From the NCBI GenBank assembly GCA_963848345.1, contig CAWKDF010000001.1:306559-370558 (forward strand): 64,000 nucleotides of DNA, in the 5' to 3' direction. The position numbers and the translations under genes were made by a program. Positions within the stretch are counted from its first letter, which is position 1. The number at the start of each line of letters is the position of its first letter. The notes under the pieces were generated by a model. The model was given only the letters and a program-made list of their open reading frames with translations, was not told the DNA's origin and did no database searches. The DNA is from an uncultured Acidimicrobiaceae bacterium. GTDB lineage: Bacteria > Actinomycetota > Acidimicrobiia > Acidimicrobiales > RAAP-2. Positions 8,776 through 18,955 of this stretch are shown piece after piece.

Positions 8776-9795
8776 ATGAAAAAGTCCAGATCCCGGCGTG
8801 TAATTGGGGCAGCGGTCGCGCTGTTGCCGCTCAGTCTCATGGCGACAACGCTGTCGAGCCCTTCGGGTGCGAGCACCTCGTCGGTGAGCGTCGTTGGCTA
8901 TTCCGTCGTAGGCCCAGCCTTCAGCGCCCTCGAAACGGCCTTCAAGGCGACGCCCGCCGGTCAGGGCGTCACCTTCACCAACTCCTTCGGCGCGTCGACC
9001 ACTCAGGCAGAAGACGTGGTCGCGGGACAGCCCGCCGACGTCACCGTCTTTTCGGACGTGCCCGACCTCAACCTCCTCGTGGGCGCCGGAATCGTGAGCA
9101 AATCGTGGGCTTCGTATCCGGCGGCTGCCGCCGAGAAGGGATTCGTCACTGACTCGGTCGTGTCGCTCATCGTTCGTCCCGGAAACCCGCTCGGCATCAC
9201 GGGGTGGAACAGCCTTACGCAGAGCGGGGTGCAGATCGTGACCCCTGACCCCATCAGTTCGGGGAGCGCGCGATGGAACCTGCTCGCCGCATACGAGTCG
9301 CAGATTCAGCAGAAGAAGAGCCCGACGTACGCGAAGAACTTCGTGAACTCGCTCGTGGCGAACGTCGTCTCTGAACCCTCGAGCGGAAGCAAGGCCCTCA
9401 CCACATTCCTGTCGGGCACCGGCAACGTGCTGCTCGACTACGAAGCCGACGCCATGGGCGCCCAAGCCGCGGGCGAAAAGATTCAGATCGTGAATCCTGC
9501 GCAGAACACGCTGATCCAGAACCCGGCGGCGCTCACGACGTCGGGGCTCTCCAACCCCGCCGCGGTGTCGTTCTTCGATTACATGTTCTCCACGGCCGGG
9601 CAGTCCATCTGGGTGCACGAAGGCTTCCGCGCGACGGTGTCCGCCGTGGCCGCCCAGAAGAAGACCATCTTCTACCAGCCCGCTCGGCTCGCGACGGTGG
9701 CGTCACTCGGCGGGTGGGGCAAGGTCACCGCCAAGTTCTTCTCCTCGACGGGCATCGTGACGCTGATCGAAAACGCGCACGGCTTCACCAGCTAA
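8776..9795 (+). CDS. sbp: sulfate/thiosulfate ABC transporter substrate-binding protein (orphan)
   Basis: NSFGAS..QA..V..GQPADV, SVVSLIVRPGNPLGI.GW, TPDPISSGSARWN motifs; SD aaggaa before ATG8776. Confidence 0.85.
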   Translation: MKKSRSRRVIGAAVALLPLSLMATTLSSPSGASTSSVSVVGYSVVGPAFSALETAFKATPAGQGVTFTNSFGASTTQAEDVVAGQPADVTVFSDVPDLNLLVGAGIVSKSWASYPAAAAEKGFVTDSVVSLIVRPGNPLGITGWNSLTQSGVQIVTPDPISSGSARWNLLAAYESQIQQKKSPTYAKNFVNSLVANVVSEPSSGSKALTTFLSGTGNVLLDYEADAMGAQAAGEKIQIVNPAQNTLIQNPAALTTSGLSNPAAVSFFDYMFSTAGQSIWVHEGFRATVSAVAAQKKTIFYQPARLATVASLGGWGKVTAKFFSSTGIVTLIENAHGFTS

Positions 9796-9813
9796 CAGAG
9801 TCTCCTTACCCCG

Positions 9814-9847
9814 GAGTGCCGCCAGCTTCGCCCGGCTGGCGGCACTC
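9814..9847 (+). terminator. hairpin after sbp
   Basis: GAGTGCCGCCAGC / GCTGGCGGCACTC, 13-bp stem. Confidence 0.65.
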
Positions 9848-9937
9848 TCACGTCAGGGCTGACTTCTCCGTGCCGCTTCACGTGTCCGGGCCGCGGATCG
9901 CGCTCGTCGCTCTTTAGTAGGCTGTGTGAGCAGTTAG

Positions 9938-10031
9938 GGAGAGGTGGGTGAGTTCGGTTTAAACCACATTCCTGCTAAGAATGCGGCCTGCGAAAGTGGG
10001 CCCGAGGGTTCAAATCCCTCCCTCTCCGCCA
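9938..10031 (+). tRNA. tRNA-Ser(GCT)
   Basis: Acceptor GGAGAGG/CCTCTCC, G discriminator, encoded CCA; anticodon arm CATTC-CTGCTAA-GAATG; long variable arm; GGTTCAAATCC T-loop. Confidence 0.96.
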
Positions 10032-10034
10032 ATT

Positions 10035-10063
10035 CAACACCGAGCGCAGTGCGCTCGGTGTTG
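10035..10063 (+). terminator. hairpin downstream of tRNA
   Basis: CAACACCGAGCGC-AGT-GCGCTCGGTGTTG, perfect 13-bp stem. Confidence 0.65.
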
Positions 10064-10082
10064 CTACGTGAAGGGATGACTG

Positions 10083-11378
10083 GTGCAGTACTGGATCGAA
10101 ACGCTCGGTTGTCCCAAGAATCACGTGGACTCGGACAAGCTGGCGGGCCTGCTCGAGTCCCAGGGCTACTCCGTCGCGGCGAGCCCGAATGGCGCCGATC
10201 TGGTGGTGGCCAACACGTGCGCCTTCATTGAAGCTGCGCGAGAGGAGTCCATCGAGACCGTCCTCGAGCTCGCCGAGCTCAAGCGCGGGAATGCGCGGCT
10301 GGTCGTCACGGGATGCATGGCCGAGCGCTACGGCGACGAGCTGGCGGCGGCCTTGCCCGAAGTCGACCTGGTCGCGGGGTTTGGCGAGAGCCTCACCGTC
10401 TCGACGCCGGTCGCGCTGCGCGAACGCCCGACGTCGTCCTTTGACCTCTTGAACCTGCCGCGACCGAAGAGCAAGGTTCCCTGGGCGTATCTGAAGATCG
10501 CCGAAGGGTGCGATCGACGCTGCGGGTTCTGTGCGATCCCGACCTTTCGCGGCGATCAGCGCTCGCGCTCAAACAACGAGATCCTGAGCGAGGCGCGCGG
10601 TCTCGTCGAGGGGGGCGTGCGCGAGCTGGTGCTGATTGCACAAGACCTCGCGAGCTGGGGTCACGACCGACGACGCGCGGGGCGCGGCGAAGCGATCGAA
10701 GTGCTCGATGAAGGTGGCACGCAGCCGCTCATCGATTTGACCAAGCGGCTTGCCAGCGAAGTCGATCGGGTGCGCCTGCTCTATCTCTACCCATCCGGTC
10801 TGACCGAGGGCCTCATCGAGACCATCCTCTCAACCGGTGTGCCGTACTTCGACCTCTCGCTCCAGCACGCGTCTCGGCCGTTGCTGCGCGCCATGCGCCG
10901 CTGGGGTGACGCCTCGCGATTCCTCGAGCGCATCGAAGCGATCCGCGCCGTGGAGCCAGACGCGACCTTTCGATCCTCCTTTATCCTCGGCTATCCGGGC
11001 GAGACCGAAGACGACCAACGCGCGTTGCTCGACTTCATTGAGGCGGCCCAGCTCGATTGGGCGGGATTCTTCACCTTCTCGTCCGAGGCTGGCACCTACG
11101 CGAACGATCTCGACAACCCCGTCGCGCCCGAGCTTGCGCTGGAGCGACTGCGAGAAGTCTCCGAGCTGCAAGACGCCATCACCGCGAAGAAGCGCGACGC
11201 ACTCGTGGGCTCTCGACAACTGCTGCTCGTCGATGCACCCGGGACCGCGCGCAGCGTGCGCGAATGCCCTGAGATCGACGGTGTCGTGCAGGTCAGTAAG
11301 ACACTTATGGTGGGATCGATGGTGGAATGCGAGATTGTGGCGAGCAAGGGGACGGACCTGGAGGCGGTGGCGGTGTGA
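10083..11378 (+). CDS. rimO: ribosomal protein S12 methylthiotransferase
   Basis: TLGCPKN.VDS, NTCAFI, radical-SAM CDRRCGFC; rimO-pgsA-cinA synteny. Confidence 0.93.
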   Translation: MQYWIETLGCPKNHVDSDKLAGLLESQGYSVAASPNGADLVVANTCAFIEAAREESIETVLELAELKRGNARLVVTGCMAERYGDELAAALPEVDLVAGFGESLTVSTPVALRERPTSSFDLLNLPRPKSKVPWAYLKIAEGCDRRCGFCAIPTFRGDQRSRSNNEILSEARGLVEGGVRELVLIAQDLASWGHDRRRAGRGEAIEVLDEGGTQPLIDLTKRLASEVDRVRLLYLYPSGLTEGLIETILSTGVPYFDLSLQHASRPLLRAMRRWGDASRFLERIEAIRAVEPDATFRSSFILGYPGETEDDQRALLDFIEAAQLDWAGFFTFSSEAGTYANDLDNPVAPELALERLREVSELQDAITAKKRDALVGSRQLLLVDAPGTARSVRECPEIDGVVQVSKTLMVGSMVECEIVASKGTDLEAVAV

Positions 11379-11947
11379 CGACCGATCGCACGTACGGTCC
11401 GACCGCGCTGTTGACGCCCGCCAACATGATGACGGGCTTTCGGCTCATCGTGGCGCCGTTCTTTATCTATCTGCTGATCTTTGACCGCATCTCGTGGTGG
11501 ACCACGGCCGTAGGGCTGGCGGTCGCCGCGTCGGACTACTTCGACGGCATCGTCGCGCGCCGCCACGGCACCACGACGTCGGGTGCGTTTCTTGATCCGC
11601 TGGCCGACAAGGTGATCGTGCTCGGCGGCCTGTACGCGATCATCATCTCGCGCCCCCACGGCATTCACTTCTTCATCGTTCCCGCGATCATCATCACGCT
11701 GCGCGAGATCTGGATGAGCGTGTTTCGCGCCCGCGCGGCCAAGCACGGCGTCTCGATACCGGCGAGTCGCCTCGCGAAGTGGAAGACCTTCGCCCAGGAC
11801 TGGGGGATCGGATTCTGCGTCCTGCCGATCACCGGTCACCACTTGGAGTTCGCCTTCGTGACCATCTGGATTGCGGTGGCGCTCACGGTCTACACCGGCT
11901 GGCAGTACTACCACTCGGGCCGCAGGGTTGTCGCCGGTGCGCGTTGA
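11375..11947 (+). CDS. pgsA: CDP-diacylglycerol--glycerol-3-phosphate 3-phosphatidyltransferase
   Basis: DYFDGIVARRHG...GAFLDPLADK CDP-alcohol motif; GTGA overlap with rimO. Confidence 0.93.
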   Translation: MTTDRTYGPTALLTPANMMTGFRLIVAPFFIYLLIFDRISWWTTAVGLAVAASDYFDGIVARRHGTTTSGAFLDPLADKVIVLGGLYAIIISRPHGIHFFIVPAIIITLREIWMSVFRARAAKHGVSIPASRLAKWKTFAQDWGIGFCVLPITGHHLEFAFVTIWIAVALTVYTGWQYYHSGRRVVAGAR

Positions 11948-13196
11948 GATCGTCGCGGTCGGCACCGAGCTGCTGCTCGGCCAGATTGCGGACACCAACT
12001 CGCAGTGGCTCGGCGAGCACCTAGCCGCGAGCGGGTTCGACTCGCATTTTCACCAGCACGTCGGGGATAACCATGAACGCATGGTGCTGGCCTTCCGCAC
12101 GGCGCTCGCACGTAGCGACGCGCTGATCATCTGCGGAGGGCTGGGGCCGACGCAAGACGACATCACCCGCGCCGCCCTCGCGGAGGTGATGAACGTGCCG
12201 CTCGAGCGCCATGAGGAGATCGTCGAGACGATCCGTCAGCTCTTCGCCGCGCGGGGCCGAGCCATGACCGACAACAACTTGCTGCAGGCTGACGTCCCCA
12301 AAGGTGCGACCATCATTCCCCAGACGCGTGGTACCGCCCCCGGCCTCATCTGCCAGCTCGGCCAGAAGGTCATCTACGCCGTGCCCGGCGTGCCCTATGA
12401 GATGAGTGACATGTTCGAGCGGGCGATTCTGCCCGACCTCGCTGAGCGTCAGCGTCTGCTCGGCGAGACCTCCGTCATCAAGAGCCGAGTACTGCGGACC
12501 TGGGGGTCGAGCGAGTCCGGCCTCGCAGAAGCGGTCGGCGCACGCTTCGATGCGCTCGAGAACGGCGGGAGGGTCACGATCGCTTTTCTCGCTTCGGGCA
12601 TCGAAGGCATCAAGATTCGCCTGACGGCGCGCGGGGTCGACGACGCCGACGCGTCGGCGATGCTCCTGGAAGAAGAGGGGTACGTGCGAGCACTCATCGA
12701 AGAGCATCTCGGCGATGTGATCTTCAGTACGAACGACGAATCGATGGAAGAGGTCGTCGCCGCGCTCCTGCACGAACGTGGCTTGACGTTGTCGGTCGCC
12801 GAGTCGCTCACCGGAGGGCTGATCGCCAGTCGGCTCGTCAATGTGCCCGGCGCGTCGACGTGGTTTCGTGGAGGTCTCGTGAGCTACGCCAGCCAAGTCA
12901 AGTTCGATGTTCTCGGCGTGCCCGAGGGTCCTGTCGTGAGCAATGAGGCGGCCGAAGCGATGGCGAGCGGCGTGCGCAAGCTTCTCGAATCAGATATTGG
13001 GCTCAGCGTGACCGGAGTGGCGGGGCCCGAAGAGCAAGATGGTCAGGCTCCGGGCACGGTGTTCGTTGGCCTCGACCTCGGTGACGAGGTCACCACCGTG
13101 GCGCTACGCCTGCCCGGAGATCGTCCCCGGGTACGCGCCTACGCTGCGATCAGCGCTCTCGACGCGCTGCGCCGAGCGCTCCAACGCACCGGCTGA
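11937..13196 (+). CDS. cinA: competence/damage-inducible protein A (MoCF domain + NMN deamidase)
   Basis: VGTELLLGQIADTN, GGLGPTQDD, AESLTGG, SVTGVAGP. Confidence 0.95.
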   Translation: MRVEIVAVGTELLLGQIADTNSQWLGEHLAASGFDSHFHQHVGDNHERMVLAFRTALARSDALIICGGLGPTQDDITRAALAEVMNVPLERHEEIVETIRQLFAARGRAMTDNNLLQADVPKGATIIPQTRGTAPGLICQLGQKVIYAVPGVPYEMSDMFERAILPDLAERQRLLGETSVIKSRVLRTWGSSESGLAEAVGARFDALENGGRVTIAFLASGIEGIKIRLTARGVDDADASAMLLEEEGYVRALIEEHLGDVIFSTNDESMEEVVAALLHERGLTLSVAESLTGGLIASRLVNVPGASTWFRGGLVSYASQVKFDVLGVPEGPVVSNEAAEAMASGVRKLLESDIGLSVTGVAGPEEQDGQAPGTVFVGLDLGDEVTTVALRLPGDRPRVRAYAAISALDALRRALQRTG

Positions 13197-13234
13197 TCCT
13201 CTCACCCTCCTAGTCTCGATGAAGAGGAGCGAGC

Positions 13235-14464
13235 GTGACCAAACTGGTGATTGAGACGGAGCCCGAAGCGCACGGTTTTTCCTCGGAGCGACTCTCGCGC
13301 ATCACGTCGCACTTCAACGCCTATATCGAAGACCGTCGTCTTGCGGGCTGGCTGGCGACCGTCTCGCGGGGCGGACAGCTCATCTGGAGCAACAAGGGCG
13401 GTCATCGCGACCGCGAACAGGGCCTGGAGGTCACCGACGACACGATCTGGCGCATCTATTCGATGACCAAACCCGTGATCGGGGTTGCCGTCATGATGCT
13501 CTACGAAGAAGGGCGCTTCGACCTGCTCGACGACGTCGGGCGCTGGATCGAGTCATTCAAAGCGCTTCGCGTCTGGACCGGAGGTACGCCTGAGTCTCCC
13601 GAGACCGCACCGGTGAAGAATCCGATTCGCGTGCACCATCTGCTCACGCACATGAGCGGGCTCACCTACGGTTTTCAGCGGCGTCACCCGGTCGATGCGA
13701 CCTATCGGAGCCGCGGGTACGACTTCAGCTTCGCACGCGGCGCCACCCTCGCTGAGGCGGTCGACGACTTTGCCTCGATGCCCCTCCTCTTTGAGCCGGG
13801 GACGCAGTGGAACTACTCGGTGGCCTTTGATGTGCTCGGTCGGCTGATCGAGATCTGGAGCGGACAGCAGCTCGATGTCTTCGTGAAGGAGCGGATTCTC
13901 GACCCCCTGGGCATGAGCGATACGGAGTGGTGGTGCCCGCCGGAAAAGGCGGAGCGTCTCGCCATGCTGTACGTGCCCGCCCACGGCGAGTCGATTCCCT
14001 ACGAGGAACTCGCCGCGACGGTGCTGCATCCGCCACGACTGCTGGGTGGAGGTGGGGGGCTGCTCTCGACGGCTTTCGACTATGACCGCTTCATGTCGAT
14101 GATGCTGCGCGGGGGTGAGCTCGACGGCGTTCGACTTCTCTCTCGTCGCTCGATGGACTTCATGACCGAGAACCAGCTGCCCCACGAGGCTGATCTCACG
14201 GACCTCGCCGTTGACTCGTACCGAGAGGATCAGTACCGGGGGCTGGGTTTTGGCCTGTCGATGTCCGTCGTCACCGACGCGCGAAGGAACAAGTCACTCG
14301 TCTCGAACGGCTCGTTCTCGTGGGGAGGTGCGGCGTCGACCACCTTCTGGGTTGATCCAGCGGAAGAACTAAGCGTCGCTTTCTACACGCAGCTGCTGCC
14401 GAGTGGAACCTATCCCATCAAACGCGATCTGCAGCAACTCGTCTACCAAGCACTCATTGACTAG
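13235..14464 (+). CDS. serine hydrolase, beta-lactamase class C/EstB-like
   Basis: SMTK (SxxK), LLTHMSG, WNYS, WGGAAST.FWVDP. Confidence 0.9.
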   Translation: MTKLVIETEPEAHGFSSERLSRITSHFNAYIEDRRLAGWLATVSRGGQLIWSNKGGHRDREQGLEVTDDTIWRIYSMTKPVIGVAVMMLYEEGRFDLLDDVGRWIESFKALRVWTGGTPESPETAPVKNPIRVHHLLTHMSGLTYGFQRRHPVDATYRSRGYDFSFARGATLAEAVDDFASMPLLFEPGTQWNYSVAFDVLGRLIEIWSGQQLDVFVKERILDPLGMSDTEWWCPPEKAERLAMLYVPAHGESIPYEELAATVLHPPRLLGGGGGLLSTAFDYDRFMSMMLRGGELDGVRLLSRRSMDFMTENQLPHEADLTDLAVDSYREDQYRGLGFGLSMSVVTDARRNKSLVSNGSFSWGGAASTTFWVDPAEELSVAFYTQLLPSGTYPIKRDLQQLVYQALID

Positions 14465-14493
14465 CTGTAGCGCCGAGCGAACGGCAATGGCGG

Positions 14494-15138
14494 TCAGCGG
14501 CGCCGGGCGCGAAGGACTATGTCGGCAATGTGGGGGTTGTCCGGTGGGGGGTCGATGCGGGGTTCAACCGCATGGAGCTGGATCGTGAAGTTGTCGGCGA
14601 GCAGTCGAGCCAGATCGTCGACGTCGACGTAGTCCGCTGGATCAACACCCTGCGACTTCATATGCTCGCGATGCTCATCGTCAAGATCGTGGTAAACGGC
14701 GAGCAACAACCCGCCGGGTCGCACCGTCTCGAGTAACGTCCGCAGGGCTGGCTCGCCCAGCGCCTTGGGCAGCGCCGGATATTGCATCGACACAAGGTCG
14801 AACGAACCCTCGGGGAGCTCCGTTTCCAAGGCGTCACCGCAGATCCACTCAACAGAGACACCTGCCAGTGATGCAGCCTCGCGTGCACGACCTAAGGCCA
14901 CTTCGGAAACATCGATCGCGGTGACCATCCATCCGTTTCGAGCGAGCCATATGGCGTCGGCGCCTTCGCCGCATCCCACGTCAAGCGCCCGCCCCGGCGT
15001 GAGGCCCGTCACCTCGACGACGAGGCGGCCATTCGGGCGTCCGCTCCACATCGAGTCACGCTCGCTGTACCTCGCGTCCCACTCCTGTGCTTGTGCGGCT
15101 GTATCGAACTGCTTCGCGGAGTGATCGTCCTTAGGCAT
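14494..15138 (-). CDS. class I SAM-dependent methyltransferase
   Basis: WSGRPN...ALDVGCGEGADAIWLA motif I. Confidence 0.88.
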   Translation of the reverse strand: MPKDDHSAKQFDTAAQAQEWDARYSERDSMWSGRPNGRLVVEVTGLTPGRALDVGCGEGADAIWLARNGWMVTAIDVSEVALGRAREAASLAGVSVEWICGDALETELPEGSFDLVSMQYPALPKALGEPALRTLLETVRPGGLLLAVYHDLDDEHREHMKSQGVDPADYVDVDDLARLLADNFTIQLHAVEPRIDPPPDNPHIADIVLRARRR

Positions 15139-15175
15139 GCTCCGAGTTTGTCATCCCAAATCTCCCTAGTATCCA

Positions 15176-15199
15176 TAGTACGAACACTTGTTCGTACTA
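15176..15199. promoter_or_regulatory. LexA (SOS) box upstream of recA
   Basis: TAGTA-CGAAC-ACTT-GTTCG-TACTA, an extended palindrome matching CGAAC-N4-GTTCG. Confidence 0.9.
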
Positions 15200-15270
15200 C
15201 GCTGGAGCATCGACCGATGTGACAGAGAGTACTTAGCGTTTCTCTCATGAAGAAAAGCAAGGAGACAGAA

Positions 15271-17441
15271 ATGGCATCCGACGATCGCGCAAAATCCGAT
15301 GACCGCACCAAGGCGCTCGAAGCCGCAATGGGTCAGATCGAAAAGCAGTTCGGTAAGGGCTCGATCATGCGTATGGGCGAAGTGACGAACTTTAATATCG
15401 AGTCGATCCCGACCGGCGCGTTGGCGCTGGACATGGCGCTCGGCATCGGCGGACTACCGCGCGGCCGCGTCGTCGAGCTGTACGGACCGGAATCTTCGGG
15501 TAAATCGACGCTTGCGATGCACGTCGTCGCCGAGGCGCAGCGCAACGGTGGGGTGTGCGCCTACATCGACGCAGAACACGCCATGGACCCGGTCTACGCG
15601 CGCGCTATTGGTGTCAACGTTGACGACCTACTGATCAGTCAGCCCGACACCGGCGAGCAGGCGCTCGAGATCGTTGACATGTTGATTCGCTCCGGGGCAT
15701 TGGAAGTGATCGTGATTGACTCTGTGGCGGCGTTGACGCCGCGCGCGGAGATTGAAGGCGACATGGGCGACAGCCACGTAGGCCTTCAGGCGCGTCTGAT
15801 GAGCCAGGCACTTCGTAAGTTGACCGGCGGGCTGTCCAAGTCCAACACCGTCGCGATCTTCATCAACCAATTGCGAGAGAAAATCGGCGTAATGTATGGA
15901 TGCTTTTCTTATGACGCTCTCGTAGTTCTCGCTGATGGTACGACAGAGAAGATCGGCAAGATTGTGAATCAGAAACTACCAGTGGAAGTACTTTCGTTCG
16001 ACGCCGCGACTGGGACAGTGATTCCCAAGCGTGTCGTCAACTGGTTTGACAATGGAGTCACTGAAGAGTTTTTGAAGATCACGGTGGCAAAGCCGATGAA
16101 GAGCGGCCGGGCCGAATTGGCATGTACTCCGAATCATCTAATTCGTACGCCTGTGGGATGGGTTGAGGCAGGAAAACTCAAAATTGGAGATCGAGTGCTA
16201 GAGGCAGTTCCGCTACTATCTCTCAGATTTCCAATTGACGGCGCTGCGGGGCACTTTAATGGGAGACGGAGCGATTTCTCAGGCTCAAAATGGATACGGA
16301 GGTCGGTTTCGCTTCACTCACTGCAAGGCCCAGACGGAGTATGCCGACTGGAAGGCCTCGCTGTTTGGCAACATTCGTGCAACCCGTCTCATTCGCTCGG
16401 ATGGCGTCGTCACCTATGACTTCCAGCCCCTGCCAGAATTGGTTGCACTGCGCGAGGATGTTTACACTGACAGAAAGAAGACCTTCAACGACGATTATCT
16501 GAAGTCGCTAACGCCGCTGGCTCTAGCACTCTGGTACATGGATGACGCGCATTTCGCAATTCGGTCTAAGGGCCTTCAGAAACGGACTGAAGGCCTGTCC
16601 GGCCGCGTAGAGATCGTCGTTGAAGCGATGGAAGTACGTACGCGTGAGCGTCTTGTTGAATACTTGGCCGATACCTGGGGAGTCAAGGCGACGCTTAAAA
16701 CGAAAGGCAAGAAAGAGATCTCTGTATTGGTATTCAACAACGCCGAGTCAGCGAAATTGCAGGCACTCATTGCGCCTTACGTTCACCCGAGCATGGAATA
16801 CAAACTGCTTCCTCGGTTTCGCGGGCAGTTCTGCGTTCGATCCGGAATTCATTCCAATGAGATATGAGCTCATTGGCCATGCCGGTCATCGAGCGTGGGA
16901 CGTGAAGCCTAAAACGTCACGGTCGATGCATCGATTTGATATTGAAGTGGAGGGTAGTCACAACTACTTCGTTAACGGCGTAATGGTGCACAACTCGCCG
17001 GAAGTGACGTCTGGTGGTCGTGCTCTCAAGTTCTATTCGTCGGTGCGACTCGACATTCGTCGAATCGAGTCTATTAAGGACGGCGCCGAAGTCGTAGGAA
17101 ACCGCACGCGTGTGAAGGTCGTGAAGAACAAGTGCGCGGCTCCCTTCCGCCAGGCCGAGTTCGACATCATGTACGGGCAGGGCATTAGTCGCGAAGGCTC
17201 GGTGCTTGATGTGGCGGTGGAGCTGGGATTTGTCAAGAAGGCGGGCGCCTGGTTCACGTACGAAGGTGAGCAGATGGGTCAGGGTCGCGAGAACGTGAAG
17301 ACGTTCCTGCGCGAGAACCCTCAGACGATGGCCGAGATTGATGAGCGCGTGCGAGTGCACCTCGCGAATGCGCTGATTCCCGACGTCGTCGGCTCTGAAG
17401 ACGAGAAGCTCGACATCGACTCGCCGATCAGCCTCGACTAA
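15271..17441 (+). CDS. recA: recombinase RecA with intein (frameshifts within the intein as sequenced)
   Basis: [27 protein letters not shown] | intein | [23 protein letters not shown]; SD aaggag before ATG15271. Confidence 0.95.
15901..16994 (+). mobile_element. intein with LAGLIDADG (DOD) homing endonuclease
   Basis: Begins Cys (CFSYDALV), block B CTPNH, LAGLIDADG-like GTLMGDG and LWYMDDA, ends [12 protein letters not shown] followed by Ser+1; lower GC (first 60 nt 29/60 G+C). Confidence 0.95.
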
Positions 17442-18903
17442 CTGCGTTCAGATTCGTCGTCGCTGAGATCTGGTGGTCGCGCGGATGGAAATGCCGCGTC
17501 GCCCTTCGAAATGCAAAGGTGAAGTCGGGCCAGATTGTGGTGTTCACTCCCGCTGAATTCATGTACCAACTCGAGCAGCCCGTTGCCCACACGGTCGAAG
17601 GGAGCTTGTCACGCAGATGCGTCGTCCACCGCTCGGCCGCGATGGCGAGGGGCTCTACCAGTGCGTCGGTGCGAAGCGCCGCCTGAATTGCTTTCGTGGC
17701 ATAGTTCAGCTGGCTTTCGTGCATGAAAATGATCGAGGAGTGTCCCAGCGCAGTGTTCGGTCCGCCGAGCATGAAGAAGTTGGGAAAGCCGGGAAACGCC
17801 GTGCCGTTGAGGTTGGCGAGCGAGCCGCGGAACGCATTGGCAAGCTCCACACCCTCTCGTCCGTGGACCATGTTCGCCGTTGGGTTGTCGGTGACATGGA
17901 AGCCAGTCGCCGTGACGAGCACGTCAAGCCCGTGCAACTCCCCATCTCGTGTTCGCACGCCGGTGGGCTCGATCGACTGAATAGCGTCAGTCACCAGGTT
18001 GACGTGGTCATAGTTGAACACGGGATAGAAGTCATTGCTGATGAGCACTCGCTTGCAGCCAAGCCGGTAGCTAGGGGTCAAGCGTTCTCGTAGGAGTGGG
18101 TCTTCAATCTGACGCGCCACATGCTCGCGAGACAGCGTTTCCGCTCGGACCATGCGTCGAGGATCCTTCACGAATCCCAGCACCATGAGTTCGTTTCGCC
18201 AGTAGACCTTGGCCCGCACGAGTCGTTGCGAGAACGGGACCAGGGAGAAGATGCGTTTCGTCCTGTCGAGAACTGGGCGGCCCATGTGCGGGAGCACCCA
18301 CGAGGGAGTTCGCTGAAAGACGTCGAGGCGATCGGCGATGGCTGCGATCTGGGGCACAACCTGAATCGAACTGGCTCCGGTCCCAATGACGCCGACCCGC
18401 TTTCCTTCAAGCTCGACCGACTCGTCCCAGCGAGCCGTGTGCATGATCCTTCCCGAGAAGGTGGAGAGCCCAGGGATGTCCGGCAGGCGCGGCTCGGCGA
18501 GGCCGCCGGTTGCGAGGATGACGCACTTCGCCTCATAGTTGCCTTCGCTCGTAGTGATCCTCCACGTGTGAGATGTCGAGTCAAATGAGACGTCGAACAC
18601 GTCGTGGTTGAACTTGATGAGCGGGCGGAGATGGTATCGGTCCGCGATGTTGCTGAGGTACTGCCAGATCTCTTGCCGGTAGCTGTAGGTGTTGCTCCAC
18701 ATCGGATTCGGCGCGAAGGAGAACGAGTAGAGGGTGCTCGCGACGTCGCATCGGCATCCTGGGTATCGGTTGTCGCGCCAGGTGCCACCGAGCTCATCCG
18801 CTCGCTCGAAGAGCACGACGTTCGTGATGCCGCGTTTGCGAAGCGCGATGGCGGTGCCGAGTCCCCCGAAACCCGAGCCGATCACGGCCACGTCGAGCGT
18901 CAT
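17428..18903 (-). CDS. flavin-containing monooxygenase, BVMO family
   Basis: [33 protein letters not shown] fingerprint, GTGAS. Confidence 0.92.
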   Translation of the reverse strand: MTLDVAVIGSGFGGLGTAIALRKRGITNVVLFERADELGGTWRDNRYPGCRCDVASTLYSFSFAPNPMWSNTYSYRQEIWQYLSNIADRYHLRPLIKFNHDVFDVSFDSTSHTWRITTSEGNYEAKCVILATGGLAEPRLPDIPGLSTFSGRIMHTARWDESVELEGKRVGVIGTGASSIQVVPQIAAIADRLDVFQRTPSWVLPHMGRPVLDRTKRIFSLVPFSQRLVRAKVYWRNELMVLGFVKDPRRMVRAETLSREHVARQIEDPLLRERLTPSYRLGCKRVLISNDFYPVFNYDHVNLVTDAIQSIEPTGVRTRDGELHGLDVLVTATGFHVTDNPTANMVHGREGVELANAFRGSLANLNGTAFPGFPNFFMLGGPNTALGHSSIIFMHESQLNYATKAIQAALRTDALVEPLAIAAERWTTHLRDKLPSTVWATGCSSWYMNSAGVNTTIWPDFTFAFRRATRHFHPRDHQISATTNLNAVSRG

Positions 18904-18955
18904 GTCCAGACGCTACTCAACGGTTCGCCCAGGGAGCGGCGGTAGCGTGACCTGG

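Noticed and set aside
9938-10031. tRNA-Ser as integration site of a genomic island
   Set aside because: No integrase and no duplicated tRNA 3' end noticed; the core gene rimO follows directly.
9944-10231. 95-aa ORF
   Set aside because: Overlaps the tRNA and rimO; spurious.
13235-14464. True beta-lactamase
   Set aside because: No signal peptide and EstB-like motifs; more likely a cytoplasmic esterase/amidase.
15901-16994. Naturally split intein or programmed frameshifting
   Set aside because: The fragments lack their own starts or slippery sites, and removing single bases restores one contiguous intein.
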